From Welwitschia mirabilis (lineage: Eukaryota), in assembly GCA_051453625.1 (NCBI GenBank), contig JBOZIK010000001.1:36340853-36390775 (forward strand): a stretch of DNA of 49,923 bases, read 5' to 3'. A program made the position numbers and the translations under genes. The notes below the pieces were generated by a model. The model made no database searches, had not been told where the DNA came from, and was given only the letters and a program-made list of their open reading frames with translations. Position 1 is the first letter of the stretch; each line of letters opens with the position of its first letter. This document shows positions 33,601-45,483 of the stretch, piece by piece.

Positions 33601-36500
33601 GTACAAGAAATTTGACAACTTCATGATAAAGCAAGAATATAAAAGGTGCAACGTAAATTATTGCGTTCATTTGATGAGAGCCACTAGTAAGATTACCATT
33701 CTTTTATTATATGTGGATGATATGTTGATGCTCGGAATGATTTTCATGAGATACAGAGATTGAAATTGTAGATGGCAGAAAAGTTTACACAAAAGACCTT
33801 GAGCAGGCAAAACAAATCCTTGGAATGAGGATTGAATGAGACAAGAAAACTCAGTAGTTGTGGCTAAGTCAATCTAATGATATTGGTAAGGTTTTGGGGA
33901 GGTTCAACATGGCGAACTGCTCTCCTGTTTCCACTCCATTAGCATGACACTTTACACCATCAAAGGAGATTGCCCCATTTCCCGTCGGGAGACGAGAGAT
34001 ATGGGTCATGNNNNNNNNNNNNNNNNNNNNNNNNNNNNNNNNNNNNNNNNNNNNNNNNNNNNNNNNNNNNNNNNNNNNNNNNNNNNNNNNNNNNNNNNNN
34101 NNNNNNNNNNNNNNNNNNNNNNNNNNNNNNNNNNNNNNNNNNNNNNNNNNNNNNNNNNNNNNNNNNNNNNNNNNNNNNNNNNNNNNNNNNNNNNNNNNNN
34201 NNNNNNNNNNNNNNNNNNNNNNNNNNNNNNNNNNNNNNNNNNNNNNNNNNNNNNNNNNNNNNNNNNNNNNNNNNNNNNNNNNNNNNNNNNNNNNNNNNNN
34301 NNNNNNNNNNNNNNNNNNNNNNNNNNNNNNNNNNNNNNNNNNNNNNNNNNNNNNNNNNNNNNNNNNNNNNNNNNNNNNNNNNNNNNNNNNNNNNNNNNNN
34401 NNNNNNNNNNNNNNNNNNNNNNNNNNNNNNNNNNNNNNNNNNNNNNNNNNNNNNNNNNNNNNNNNNNNNNNNNNNNNNNNNNNNNNNNNNNNNNNNNNNN
34501 NNNNNNNNNNNNNNNNNNNNNNNNNNNNNNNNNNNNNNNNNNNNNNNNNNNNNNNNNNNNNNNNNNNNNNNNNNNNNNNNNNNNNNNNNNNNNNNNNNNN
34601 NNNNNNNNNNNNNNNNNNNNNNNNNNNNNNNNNNNNNNNNNNNNNNNNNNNNNNNNNNNNNNNNNNNNNNNNNNNNNNNNNNNNNNNNNNNNNNNNNNNN
34701 NNNNNNNNNNNNNNNNNNNNNNNNNNNNNNNNNNNNNNNNNNNNNNNNNNNNNNNNNNNNNNNNNNTTACACCATCAAAGGAGATTGCCCCATTTACAGT
34801 AGGGAGAAGAGAGATATGGGTAATGTTCTTCACACTTCTGCAATTGGTAGTCTCCTATATACCATAGTCTACACTGGGCTAGATCTTGCCCATGTAGCGG
34901 GAGTTGTTTATAGGAACATGAGTAATCCTGAAAGGACACACTGAAAGGCAGTCAAGTGGATTCTGCGACACTTGAAAGGCACTCAGAATCATTGTTTGGG
35001 CTTTGGTGATTCTAGCTTGAAGGTTGTCGATTACTCTAGTGCCAATTTTGTAAGTTGTAGAAATACTAGGAAACCTACTACAGGTCCTACATTAACAGTG
35101 GAGATAGGGCTATTAGTTGGATGTCACGTCTTTAGGGTGATGTAGTTGTGATCACCACAAAGGCAGATTATATGGCTTTGATTGAGATAGCCCAGGAGAT
35201 GATTTGGCTGAGACACATGCTTAAGTGGTTTGGTCTTTCTCAAANNNNNNNNNNNNNNNNNNNNNNNNNNNNNNNNNNNNNNNNNNTGGCTAAGGATGTT
35301 GCATTTCATGCTCATTCAAAACATATTAACATGAAGTATCACTTCATTTGGGATGTGGTATAGAAAGAGAAGACCCACCTTGTTAAACTCAGAATAGAAG
35401 ATAATCTTATTGATCTCCTCACAAAGGCAGTAAATGGTTGCAAGCATGACAGTTGCATAAAAGATGTTGGACTTCAAGATTGTTGACTTGCAGGCTCCAG
35501 AAAGCATTGCATCTTTTGNNNNNNNNNNNNNNNNNNNNNNNNNNNNNNNNNNNNNNNNNNNNNNNNNNNNNNNNNNNNNNNNNNNNNNNNNNNNNNNNNN
35601 NNNNNNNNNNNNNNNNNNNNNNNNNNNNNNNNNNNNNNNNNNNNNNNNNNNNNNNNNNNNNNNNNNNNNNNNNNNNNNNNNNNNNNNNNNNNNNNNNNNN
35701 NNNNNNNNNNNNNNNNNNNNNNNNNNNNNNNNNNNNNNNNNNNNNNNNNNNNNNNNNNNNNNNNNNNNNNNNNNNNNNNNNNNNNNNNNNNNNNNNNNNN
35801 NNNNNNNNNNNNNNNNNNNNNNNNNNNNNNNNNNNNNNNNNNNNNNNNNNNNNNNNNNNNNNNNNNNNNNNNNNNNNNNNNNNNNNNNNNNNNNNNNNNN
35901 NNNNNNNNNNNNNNNNNNNNNNNNNNNNNNNNNNNNNNNNNNNNNNNNNNNNNNNNNNNNNNNNNNNNNNNNNNNNNNNNNNNNNNNNNNNNNNNNNNNN
36001 NNNNNNNNNNNNNNNNNNNNNNNNNNNNNNNNNNNNNNNNNNNNNNNNNNNNNNNNNNNNNNNNNNNNNNNNNNNNNNNNNNNNNNNNNNNNNNNNNNNN
36101 NNNNNNNNNNNNNNNNNNNNNNNNNNNNNNNNNNNNNNNNNNNNNNNNNNNNNNNNNNNNNNNNNNNNNNNNNNNNNNNNNNNNNNNNNNNNNNNNNNNN
36201 NNNNNNNNNNNNNNNNNNNNNNNNNNNNNNNNNNNNNNNNNNNNNNNNNNNNNNNNNNNNNNNNNNNNNNNNNNNNNNNNNNNNNNNNNNNNNNNNNNNN
36301 NNNNNNNNNNNNNNNNNNNNNNNNNNNNNNNNNNNNNNNNNNNNNNNNNNNNNNNNNNNNNNNNNNNNNNNNNNNNNNNNNNNNNNNNNNNNNNNNNCTT
36401 CAAGATTGTTGACTTGGAGGCTCCAGAAAGCATTGCATCTTTTGAGCCGTATAAAGAGCTAATCTTGAAGGCATAGGAAATTTGTCTTGAAATGGGAGCA

Positions 36501-36874
36501 TGTTGATATGTGAAGCCAAATTTGTTATTTTATGTTGTAATGTTATGTTTTAACATTGACCCCTCTTTTAATGTTGTAAAAGGGAAGTTATGATGTTAAC
36601 TCCCTTTGAGTGATTTATTTTTAAAAAAAGGAAGGAAGAAAGGATAAAAGATAAATTTGGCTTGTAACCCTACCTCTAAACTTATTTAAACATGTTTGAA
36701 GGTTGTTTGTATCAGCCTCGACATTTATCTCCTAAACTATCAATAGAGCTCTAGAACGCTTCTCATGGATGTAGAGTAATAAGGGCCCAAGCCATGTAAA
36801 TCTGTGTGTTGTTCCTTTCTTTTGCTTGCAATTCTATTTTGTTTTAGTGCATTCTTGTTGATAAATCTGCAACC
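36501..36874 (+). repeat. 3' LTR of Copia-B
   Basis: Follows the PPT; direct repeat of 27240-27610; followed by the TSD-like GTTTC. Confidence 0.92.
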
Positions 36875-39800
36875 GTTTCTATGCATCTACTCAACATTTT
36901 CTTCCTAATCTCTCTAAAGTTTAATTACAAGAATCTGCCCATAAAGAAAAATTGCCTGTGAAGCTTCTATGTAGTCTTCAGCATGTCGAAGAAGATACCT
37001 AGCATAGCCCTCTAAAAGTTCCTAGACCGTTGCATAAGCCAAAGGACATTCATCTATAAGCATAGGTTCCAAAGGGTGAGGTAAAGGTGGTGTTGGATTG
37101 ATCCTCATTTGCAATGGAAATCTAATTGTATCCATTATAGCCATCTAAGAAACAATAGTATGCATGTCCTTGTAACCAAACTAAAATTTGATCTAAGAAT
37201 GGTAGAGGGCAATGATCCTTTTTTGCACATTCATTAAGTTTTTAAAAATCAATGCACGCCCTCCATTTCCCTCCTTTTTTAGGACCTACGGTTAAAGGAC
37301 TCCCCCATGCACCATTAGTGATAGCTTAAGTTTATATTGGCATCAACTAATTTAATGATTTCTTCTTTTTACAACTTGTTGTAGAGCTAGGTTTAATATT
37401 CATTGTAGTTAGTCTTATTGGCTTAAAGTTTTTCTCTAGGTAGATTTTGTGTTGGACAATGTTAGAAGTAATTCCACATAAATCTTTAGAACTCCCTGCA
37501 AAAGCTTGATCCTTTTTTGTTAACAATCAAAACCTTAGCTTCTTGAAATTGGGATAAAGTTAATGATATAATTAAAGGTTTCCTGAGATCATTATGGACA
37601 ACAATATACTTAAGATAGCTAGGCAATTCTTTCAATGTTGGTTGATGTGTTGAAAGTTCGATGACTCCTCCTGAAATAAGGTCATAAGGCTGTTGTAAGA
37701 TTTGCCTTCTTTCAGATCCAAAAATCTAATCCTAACTTTCTTCAAATGGGGATAAAATCTTCATCTAATTGGCATGGATTGGGAGAGTTCAGAGAGGATT
37801 GGATTATAACATCCTCATTACTAGCATGGCAAGAAGGAAAGGATTTAGAATGGGTTAAAATTAAGATTTCTTCAAAGGTTCAAGTTGAAATTAATTTGAA
37901 ATCCTTAACCATTGAGTTTATTACATCTGAAACCTCATCTAGTAATTTTGCTTTTTCAGCTACATTAAAGACTCTAATGTTGGCTTTTTGACTTCCAAAG
38001 GCTAATGTCATCATTCCTCTTCTTGTGTCAATGATGCAATAGGTTGTCACACAAAAAGCTCTTCCTGGGATCAATCGATATCAAGCTTCTTTTGCTAGTT
38101 GGAGGACAACAAAATCAGCTAGGTNNNNNNNNNNAGAATCCTTTGTCAATTTCAAGCAAAAGGCCTATAATGATTGCTACCAGTAGTGGTAAAAGCATCT
38201 GCTAATTCTAGGATTATGCTAGTAGGTTGGATTCTTCCTTTCAATTATAATTGTTTGGCAATGTAAAGAGGCATGGCGTTAACATTGGCTCCTCGATCAA
38301 CTAAACATTTCCTTACCTTTTTACTTCCTTGTAGAATTACACTTACGATAGCTACTCCTAGATCTCTATATTTAGGGGCCTTGTTGGCTAGGAAAGACGA
38401 TGTGCTCAGGCTATAAATACTTTGGTTTGCATAGCCCTATTCTTTCTACTTGTCACTAAACATCTCCAAACTTTGACATATTGTTCACTATCTTGAAGAA
38501 TTTTCCAAAAGGGTAGATTAATATTGAATCCCTTCATTAATTCTCTCAAGTATTCATGATACGCCAAACTTGTGTTCAAACATTTCATCCCAGGAGTTGG
38601 TTCTTCCTTGACTTTTCTTTAACTATACCATAAGATATAGATGGACTATGATAGTCTGGGTTGAGTGTAGAAGCCACTTTCTCAATGTCATCCTCACTTT
38701 TCTCCTCATCTAAATTAGTAAGACTCTCAGGATTGGTATTTGTCCCTTTCTGAGTGACTACCTTGTAATCCTTCACATTGTCATTGTTTGCATAAGGTTG
38801 AGGGGGAATGGTTCCTAGTTTTTGTCGACCACACAAAACAATTTGTTGCCAACTACCTAGCATGTTCTGCATATTTTTATTGGACTCGAGTGTATTTAAC
38901 AAGACTATCTAGAGTTGATTTTAACGCATCTTATTCTTAAGCCATGTTGTTGGAATTGCCTATTGAATAATGAGATTTTGGATTGTTGTAAGGCAATCTA
39001 AGGACATTATTAGCCAAGGACAGAAATAGACAGTTAAATACCCTTTTGAAATCTCCTATAGGTGATGAGTTTGATTGAGCATTGATGGCATAAACTTCTT
39101 CAAAAATAAGTTCTTTGCAAGTGCGAAGCATTAGGCACTACTTAGTTTTGTGGTCATCACCCTCATAAAGACAACAAAAAATGACATGAGATCAAGAGCT
39201 AGAGGTTTTCTCATTTTCTTTTGGAACTTAAGGAGTTTAGGTTTGAAGAGCAATCCTTCATGGTTGAATTACAGGATCCGATTAGGGATGCTACCTCTTG
39301 AGTGGACACGGAGGTTTGAGGATGTTATATCACTTTGACTTCCTCATTCATTAATTTAGTTTCATGTTCTAATTGAATTATAGGCCATGTCTTACTCATC
39401 TCACAAATTTGTTCCAATTATTCCCAAGTGGTTGTAAGATCCTTATCTAAGATGTTCCCCCCACTCACAAAATCAACCATTTGTCTAGTTTAAGGCCTTG
39501 AAGGCAATAGCCTACAATTTGGTAAAACTGAAACTCACCACTTGAGTTTTAGGTAACATAATCTATAAAATGTTCAAAGGCTAAACAATAACCCTCCTTA
39601 TCTTTTCCCTTAAACCCACAAACTTATTGTCTCAATTCTAGGATTTTCTATTGTGTCATATATCATTTAGCGAAGGCTTTACACATATCATCCCAAGTAC
39701 TAATGCTACAATTATGTAAGGAACTAAACCACATTTTTGCTTTTTCTCTAAGGGTAAGGACAAAGAGTTTTAGAAATGTTCTATTAGTTACATTTTTTCC

Positions 39801-40519
39801 AACTATTTATGCGGTTTGTTCAATTTCAATTAGGTGACTATAGGAGTCCTAGTTGCCATGCCCATGAAATATGAGATACATGGAAAGAGCATGAATTTCA
39901 ACATGCTCCCAACATAGTAGACAAACTAGATTGTCAACTCTATATTTCTTATTTCATAAGAAGTCTTTTAATGAAATGTTAGGTGTACTTGAAGTGCTTA
40001 CTGTACTATCGAAAAGAGGACTTCTTGGGTGAGAACATGTAGTTGGAGAAGGAGTTTTGTTATCAACAAATGTTGGTGAATTAGGGAAAGGAGGAAATTG
40101 ATTTCCGTCAAGTATTTCTTTGAATTCACCACTATAAAGTTCAGTTTCAATGAGAGATGGAGTTTCTAATGACTCACTAAAGAATGGTTCTTGATATGAC
40201 TCTTCTCTATGTGAATTTGGTCTAGCCTTATGAGGTTGTCTATAGTCAAAAAAATCTATGTCCAATGTTTTCTGTAATTAGTCTTTGATTATTGTTCAAC
40301 TCGCAAAGCATACAAAGACAAGGAAAAAGGTTGCTGCTATGAATTTTCTTTAGATAAAAACAAGAAAACAAAAGTACAAAAATCCTTTACTCCAACCAAT
40401 GCAAGGTGTAGGAGTACACAAGGCCTCAACCACAAGAATTGTACAGGATGAGTTTATTAATAATTAAAGGGAAAAAAGAAAGACACAACTATTTGAGGGT
40501 AGAGTAACAAAACCCCAGT

Positions 40520-41444
40520 AGAGTTTACATCAATCAACAATCCCAAATATCTAGACCAATAAAGACAAGAGGCTAAAGAGCAGAAGAGCAGAGAGAGAGA
40601 GCGCATGCAAATTGTTTTATGAGAAGTTAGATTTCTAAACAATGCAAGTCACAACATCAATCTAGTTGGCAATCACCCAACTAGTCTCAAATCATGTGTC
40701 AACTTTACATTAATACTTTAACATTAGTCTATAATGCATATTGATACACAACTTAAGAAATAGAAAATGAAATCTTATTAAGTCAAATATCATCAAAATG
40801 CATGGTTTACATTTTGGACACAAGGTTTTCACCCTTACCAACAAGATAAGGCAAGGAAGCTCGTCCTAAGTCTCTCCAAATGGCTTTCTTAGCACCTGCT
40901 ACTTCTATCATGTCACTCAAGCAATAAGAAGCCTAAGTTTTGCATGGACAAGGCTGTTGCTTAAATACCTTTGTAGTTAGATGGGATTGGGAGAGGAAGT
41001 TAAGTAGTTTAGTTACAAAACTACTACTATCGCCAATTGCATCGCTGGATGACTGCAAGTAGCAACACTTTCGATGAAAAATAGAAGAAGGTGTTAATGG
41101 ATATTGTTGCTAGGTGACACTTACGTGGAGATGATTTTAGTGGACATGTACTTTCATTAAAACACCGTCGGGCAATGGAACGTGGTGGCACGGGCAATGG
41201 AACGTGGTGGCACGCATATAAGAAGATGTTGTTGCGTGTTGATTTTTGTATGCAAATTTGTTGCTACTTGCATCACTAGGTGACTGCAAGTAGTGACACT
41301 TCTGAAAGATACCCAATTTCCTGCAATTTCGAACTTGTTTGTGTTTGATGCTTTGTTTAGTTTTCGTGAAGACCTATAACTTTATACACACTTAGACTTT
41401 CCACCATAAGTATCTTTCATAGGTCTTGCTTTTGATGTCTGTCA
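40520..41444 (-). repeat. 5' LTR (partial) of the Athila-like element; contains a perfect 22-bp tandem duplication at 41169-41212
   Basis: Homology to 19220-20139; CGGGCAATGGAACGTGGTGGCA occurs twice in tandem. Confidence 0.85.
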
Positions 41445-44400
41445 ACCACAAAGTGGAAAATCCTACCTAGAGACATAAGACATAAAGCATGTACCACACT
41501 AAGGCATAAAAACCGAATCTTCAAGGTGCACTTAGTGCAAGCTTCAACATCTTCATCATAAATCATAAGAAGNNNNNNNNNNNNNNNNNNNNNNNNNNNN
41601 NNNNNNNNNNNNNNNNNNNNNNNNNNNNNNNNNNNNNNNNNNNNNNNNNNNNNNNNNNNAATAGTATGGTTTCCAATGAAATAACTTCTTCCCAAAAAGA
41701 CAAAACCAAAAACAACAAAATTTTTGTAATGAAAGGTGTCAAGTACAAATTAAAAGTTTAAGATTGTTGAAAACTTTTCATTTAGTGGAACAAGAAGAAA
41801 CATGCATGGCCAAGTATCTATCATATAAATCACAAACACCTTGCTAGCATTGTTATCCTAAACTACATTTGGCCTCTGCATAACCTTTCCGGATAAAAGA
41901 AAAGAACTTCCACAACTAAACAATCAAATTGGACATGGGAACACTAATGCTTTCAACATTTCACTCAAGTGAAAATTGACTAAAGAGGAGCACTCATTGT
42001 CACATAGCAACGAATGANNNNNNNNNNNNNNNNNNNNNNNNNNNNNNNNNNNNNNNNNNNNNNNNNNNNNNNNNNNNNNNNNNNNNNNNNNNNNNNNNNN
42101 NNNNNNNNNNNNNNNNNNNNNNNNNNNNNNNNNNNNNNNNNNNNNNNNGAGATGAATAAAACCATTTTAACATCAAAAAGATATGATAGGACAACTAATA
42201 ATAAAATAATCATAGTTGTTACATAGAACATTCGTGTCCAAAAAGTATCTTGAAAAATGATTTCCTTTTTCCCGTATCAAGAGAACAAAATTTAGTTGAG
42301 ATGAATAAAACCATTTTAACATCAAAAAGATATGATAGGACAACTAATAATAAAATAATCATAGTTGTTACATAAAACATTCGTGTCCAAAAAGTATCTT
42401 GAAAAATGATTTCCATGCCCAATGCCCATCTAGCATTCTTCAAATTAAGAAGCCTATGTTTGTTAAAACATGTATCAAGAACTATAAGAACCTAAACCAT
42501 TTGCACTTCAAGCTTAATTTCCAATTTAAGGGTTCTCAAGAAACCAACACCATGCTTTAGCGCTAAAGGCAATTAAAACATGGTGATTGATGGGATCATT
42601 AACTAGCAACTGAAGCACATAAGACAAAATCCACTCTAATGGAGGGCTTACCAAGCTACGCCAATGGCAAAACTAGATGATGCTTTATTTCGAACTAAGT
42701 AGTTTAAAGTGTTGTATATTGGTTGTTATTTCTTGATTAGGTAAGAAAGGCATCATCCCTGGACCAATTTCTTTAATCTTTCAAGATCCAATGAGAAAAT
42801 TTACTGTTGGATGGTATCCCATGTATCTTTTCATGCCAATTTAGAGCTCTTAGGTTATAGAATTTTCAACATTGATAAGACGCTTTGTTCTTCAACTTTG
42901 GCCTAAAAATAAGGCCATGACTTGTTAAGCTTCTTCCCTAGACATGTAACCCCTTGGTTTCCTACTTCTTGTCCTCCTTGCCTTGTTGCTAACGTTCCTT
43001 TAAGCCAACAAGATTCTCATCTCTAAGCATTTAAATCTGATTTGCAACGCGTGTTATGGTATTGTCAATATTTGCATTGGTTCTCAACCCATGGCTTGGG
43101 TGATAACTACCAAAGGAAACCTTTCTCTTAAAGCTTAACCCAGCTACAGCACAGAATAGGATAGATTCATATTTAGTTTTGTGCATTAGCAAGACAAATG
43201 TTTCTAAAAATCCCTTTCTCAAACATTCCACGTGCTCCTTTTAGATGCCATTTCCTACAATGGCGCATAACAACAATATTAAAAGCAATTTTATGTTTGC
43301 TCAAAATCTTTGAAGATGATGCATGAAGAGAATTTGAATATTGTTATAATGAGTCAATATGTTGCTCTTCTTGCTTAAGCAAGATCAACGTGAAGGTTTT
43401 CCATCTAATTCCTCATTGATTAATAATTAAAATTTAGTCAAATTACATATTGAAAAGTTTTTCTCTATTTAGTGCAATCTCTATTTGAAATCATAACACA
43501 AGGAATTTACTGAGCCAAGAAAGTGTGTTTGTTGCACTGGATAAAAGTTCCATCGCAATCCTAATTACAAATAGAAAGCATCAAGCAAGAAAGATGCTCC
43601 AAGAATTAAAAACATGCTCCACTAGGAAATGATATATTCCTCACAAAAACACACTTTCTTCACCAAAACTTCATTACAAATAGAGGCTATGATACTCATT
43701 GCCTACACTAGAGCTAAGTTTTTTTATGAGTTTATATCTAGTTTAATACTCAAAACAAAAACATAGAATCCACCCTTTTTAAATCTAGAAGTTCAATAAT
43801 AGTAAAAGAAATAGTATGCATTCAAAACTTCTTGTTACATAGCCAATTTACACATGGAACAACTATCTTAAAAGCAAATTTGTTCGGGCTTACTTTACCT
43901 AGTTGTCGATAAAATGAGAAGCCAAAGCAATGAACCATCGAAGTGTTGTGGCTTGTTATGTGCTACTAAAGTAGTGAAGTCACTATCAGATGTTTGTGAC
44001 CCTCATAGGAGCACAAGCCATTTGGAAAGCCCTCAAATGTAGGTACGGGTTTTCTTCCTTCCCACCTCTACAACTCTGCAGATCCAATGTCCTAATGTCC
44101 TTGATTTTGCTCTCTTCTTGATGGTTAGCAAGAATGGCTTTTAGGGAATCAAACTCCAACACATTCACGTTGGTCTTGTACTTAGTAATGGGCTAATCCC
44201 AATATCTGCCATATATTGGATTCTCTTACAGTGTCCCTCCTATTCATGATCATAAGAACTGTGAGATTCCTCCTCCTTACCTTTTTGCTCTTCTTTGTTG
44301 ACTATTTGTCGTTAGTCTTGCAATTGTCTCAATAATAGGTGCATGTCTTTCTCTCTATTATGAAAATAACGATTTGAATCTCGTTCAATAAACAAGCAAA

Positions 44401-45463
44401 CGAAGCTACTCTCTCAGTCTCTTGTAGCAAGTCGCAAAGATCATTAAGCCTTGTTTTCTTGAAGACTTCAATAAGCTTTAGAGTATAAGAGATGGTGTAA
44501 CCTCCCAAAAGGGTCATCACCTGCAACTTGGTGCTTTTCTTACATAAACTCCTCAAAGTAGAGTAGAAAGGGTGGAAATAGTACTTCACTTCTAGGTTTC
44601 CCCAAGAACCATTGTAATAGATGAATGGTATGATATCACCCTATTTTTCCTCTTCAGCCTTGATCACAAATGTCTTCTGCATTGCTATAAAGCCTTCTTC
44701 TCTTGATTTGCTCAATGAAGGCTAGTAGGAGGTTTCTACATCCCTAGAGAAGCCATAAGACATGAAAACTTAATTGAGACAATTTATGCGACAATCCCCA
44801 ACAACACATGAATGATGGAAGCGTGGTCGTTACCCCCCATACGATACAATAAAGTATGTTGAGACGAAGGATTGCTTTTCACAAAGAATAAGGTAACCAA
44901 ACTTAAAGAACAATGCAGAAAATAAAGGATGCAATGCAAATGCAAAATGCAACTAACTAAATGCAATGCAAAATGAAACTAAACTATTTCCTTTCAGCCT
45001 TGACAAANNNNNNNNNNNNNNNNNNNNNNNNNNNNNNNNNNNNNNNNNNNNNNNNNNNNNNNNNNNNNNNNNNNNNNNNNNNNNNNNNNNNNNNNNNNNN
45101 NNNNNNNNNNNNNNNNNNNNNNNNNNNNNNNNNNNNNNNNNNNNNNNNNNNNNNNNNNNNNNNNNNNNNNNNNNNNNNNNNNNNNNNNNNNNNNNNNNNN
45201 NNNNNNNNNNNNNNNNNNNNNNNNNNNNNNNNNNNNNNNNNNNNNNNNNNNNNNNNNNNNNNNNNNNNNNNNNNNNNNNNNNNNNNNNNNNNNNNNNNNN
45301 NNNNNNNNNNNNNNNAAATGATAAACAAAAGGTGTTGTAATACGTGCTCCTTTACATAAAAGAAATGGACGAAATAGTCAAAGGTCAGCTGTCAGAATCA
45401 GTTACAATGTCAGTGTCATCCTGACTGTCGTCCAGACGATGATGGGGATGACAGCTCATTACA
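41445..45463 (-). mobile_element. Heavily decayed second Gypsy (Tat/Athila-like) fragment with a gag N-terminal remnant; boundaries uncertain
   Basis: ORF 43986..44168 DLQSCRGGKEENPYLHLRAFQMAC matches the Gypsy gag motif LP.F.G...E.P..HL..F...C; ATGCAA-type repeats at 44930-44975; possible minus-strand LTR start TGTAATGAGC or TGTCATCCCC at 45463/45453. Confidence 0.5.
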
Positions 45464-45483
45464 AAAGATTACTCATTAGTGTC

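Larger units (their letters stand above)
27240..36874 (+). mobile_element. Degenerate full-length Ty1/Copia element (Copia-B) inserted into the Gypsy RT
   Basis: LTRs at 27240-~27611 and 36501-36874 (TGTTGATATGTGAAGCCAAATTTG...); near-TSD GTTTT/GTTTC; PPT GAAATGGGAGCA; gag AQELWQK and ILISLPQSW, knuckle CYYCKRK..IRDCWKLK, protease WILDT, WHKCLGHLSE, integrase, RT YRARLVVKGFAQ and LLYVDDML (~33705), RNase H HSKHINMKYHFIWD. Length is inflated by gaps and duplicated contig ends. Confidence 0.94.
19220..41444 (-). mobile_element. Degenerate Athila-like Ty3/Gypsy LTR retrotransposon, interrupted by Copia-B
   Basis: Homologous LTR segments at ~19220-20139 and ~40520-41444 (minus-strand start TGACAGACA/TTATAGACA); PPT GTAGGGGGCTT at 20140-20150; minus-strand order gag (~39300-39900), protease (~38000-38400), RT (37560-36875 plus 27239-26900), RNase H (~26500-26900), integrase GLYWPSVFHD...WGIDCIG...ILVAIDYVT (25868-26164), then an extra ORF. 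The low-coordinate LTR ends are unresolved. Confidence 0.85.

Noticed and set aside
42150..42414. ~113-bp direct repeat (42150-42263 and 42299-42412)
   Set aside because: The copies are nearly identical and start exactly at a gap edge, so a gap-filling artefact is more likely than a biological repeat.
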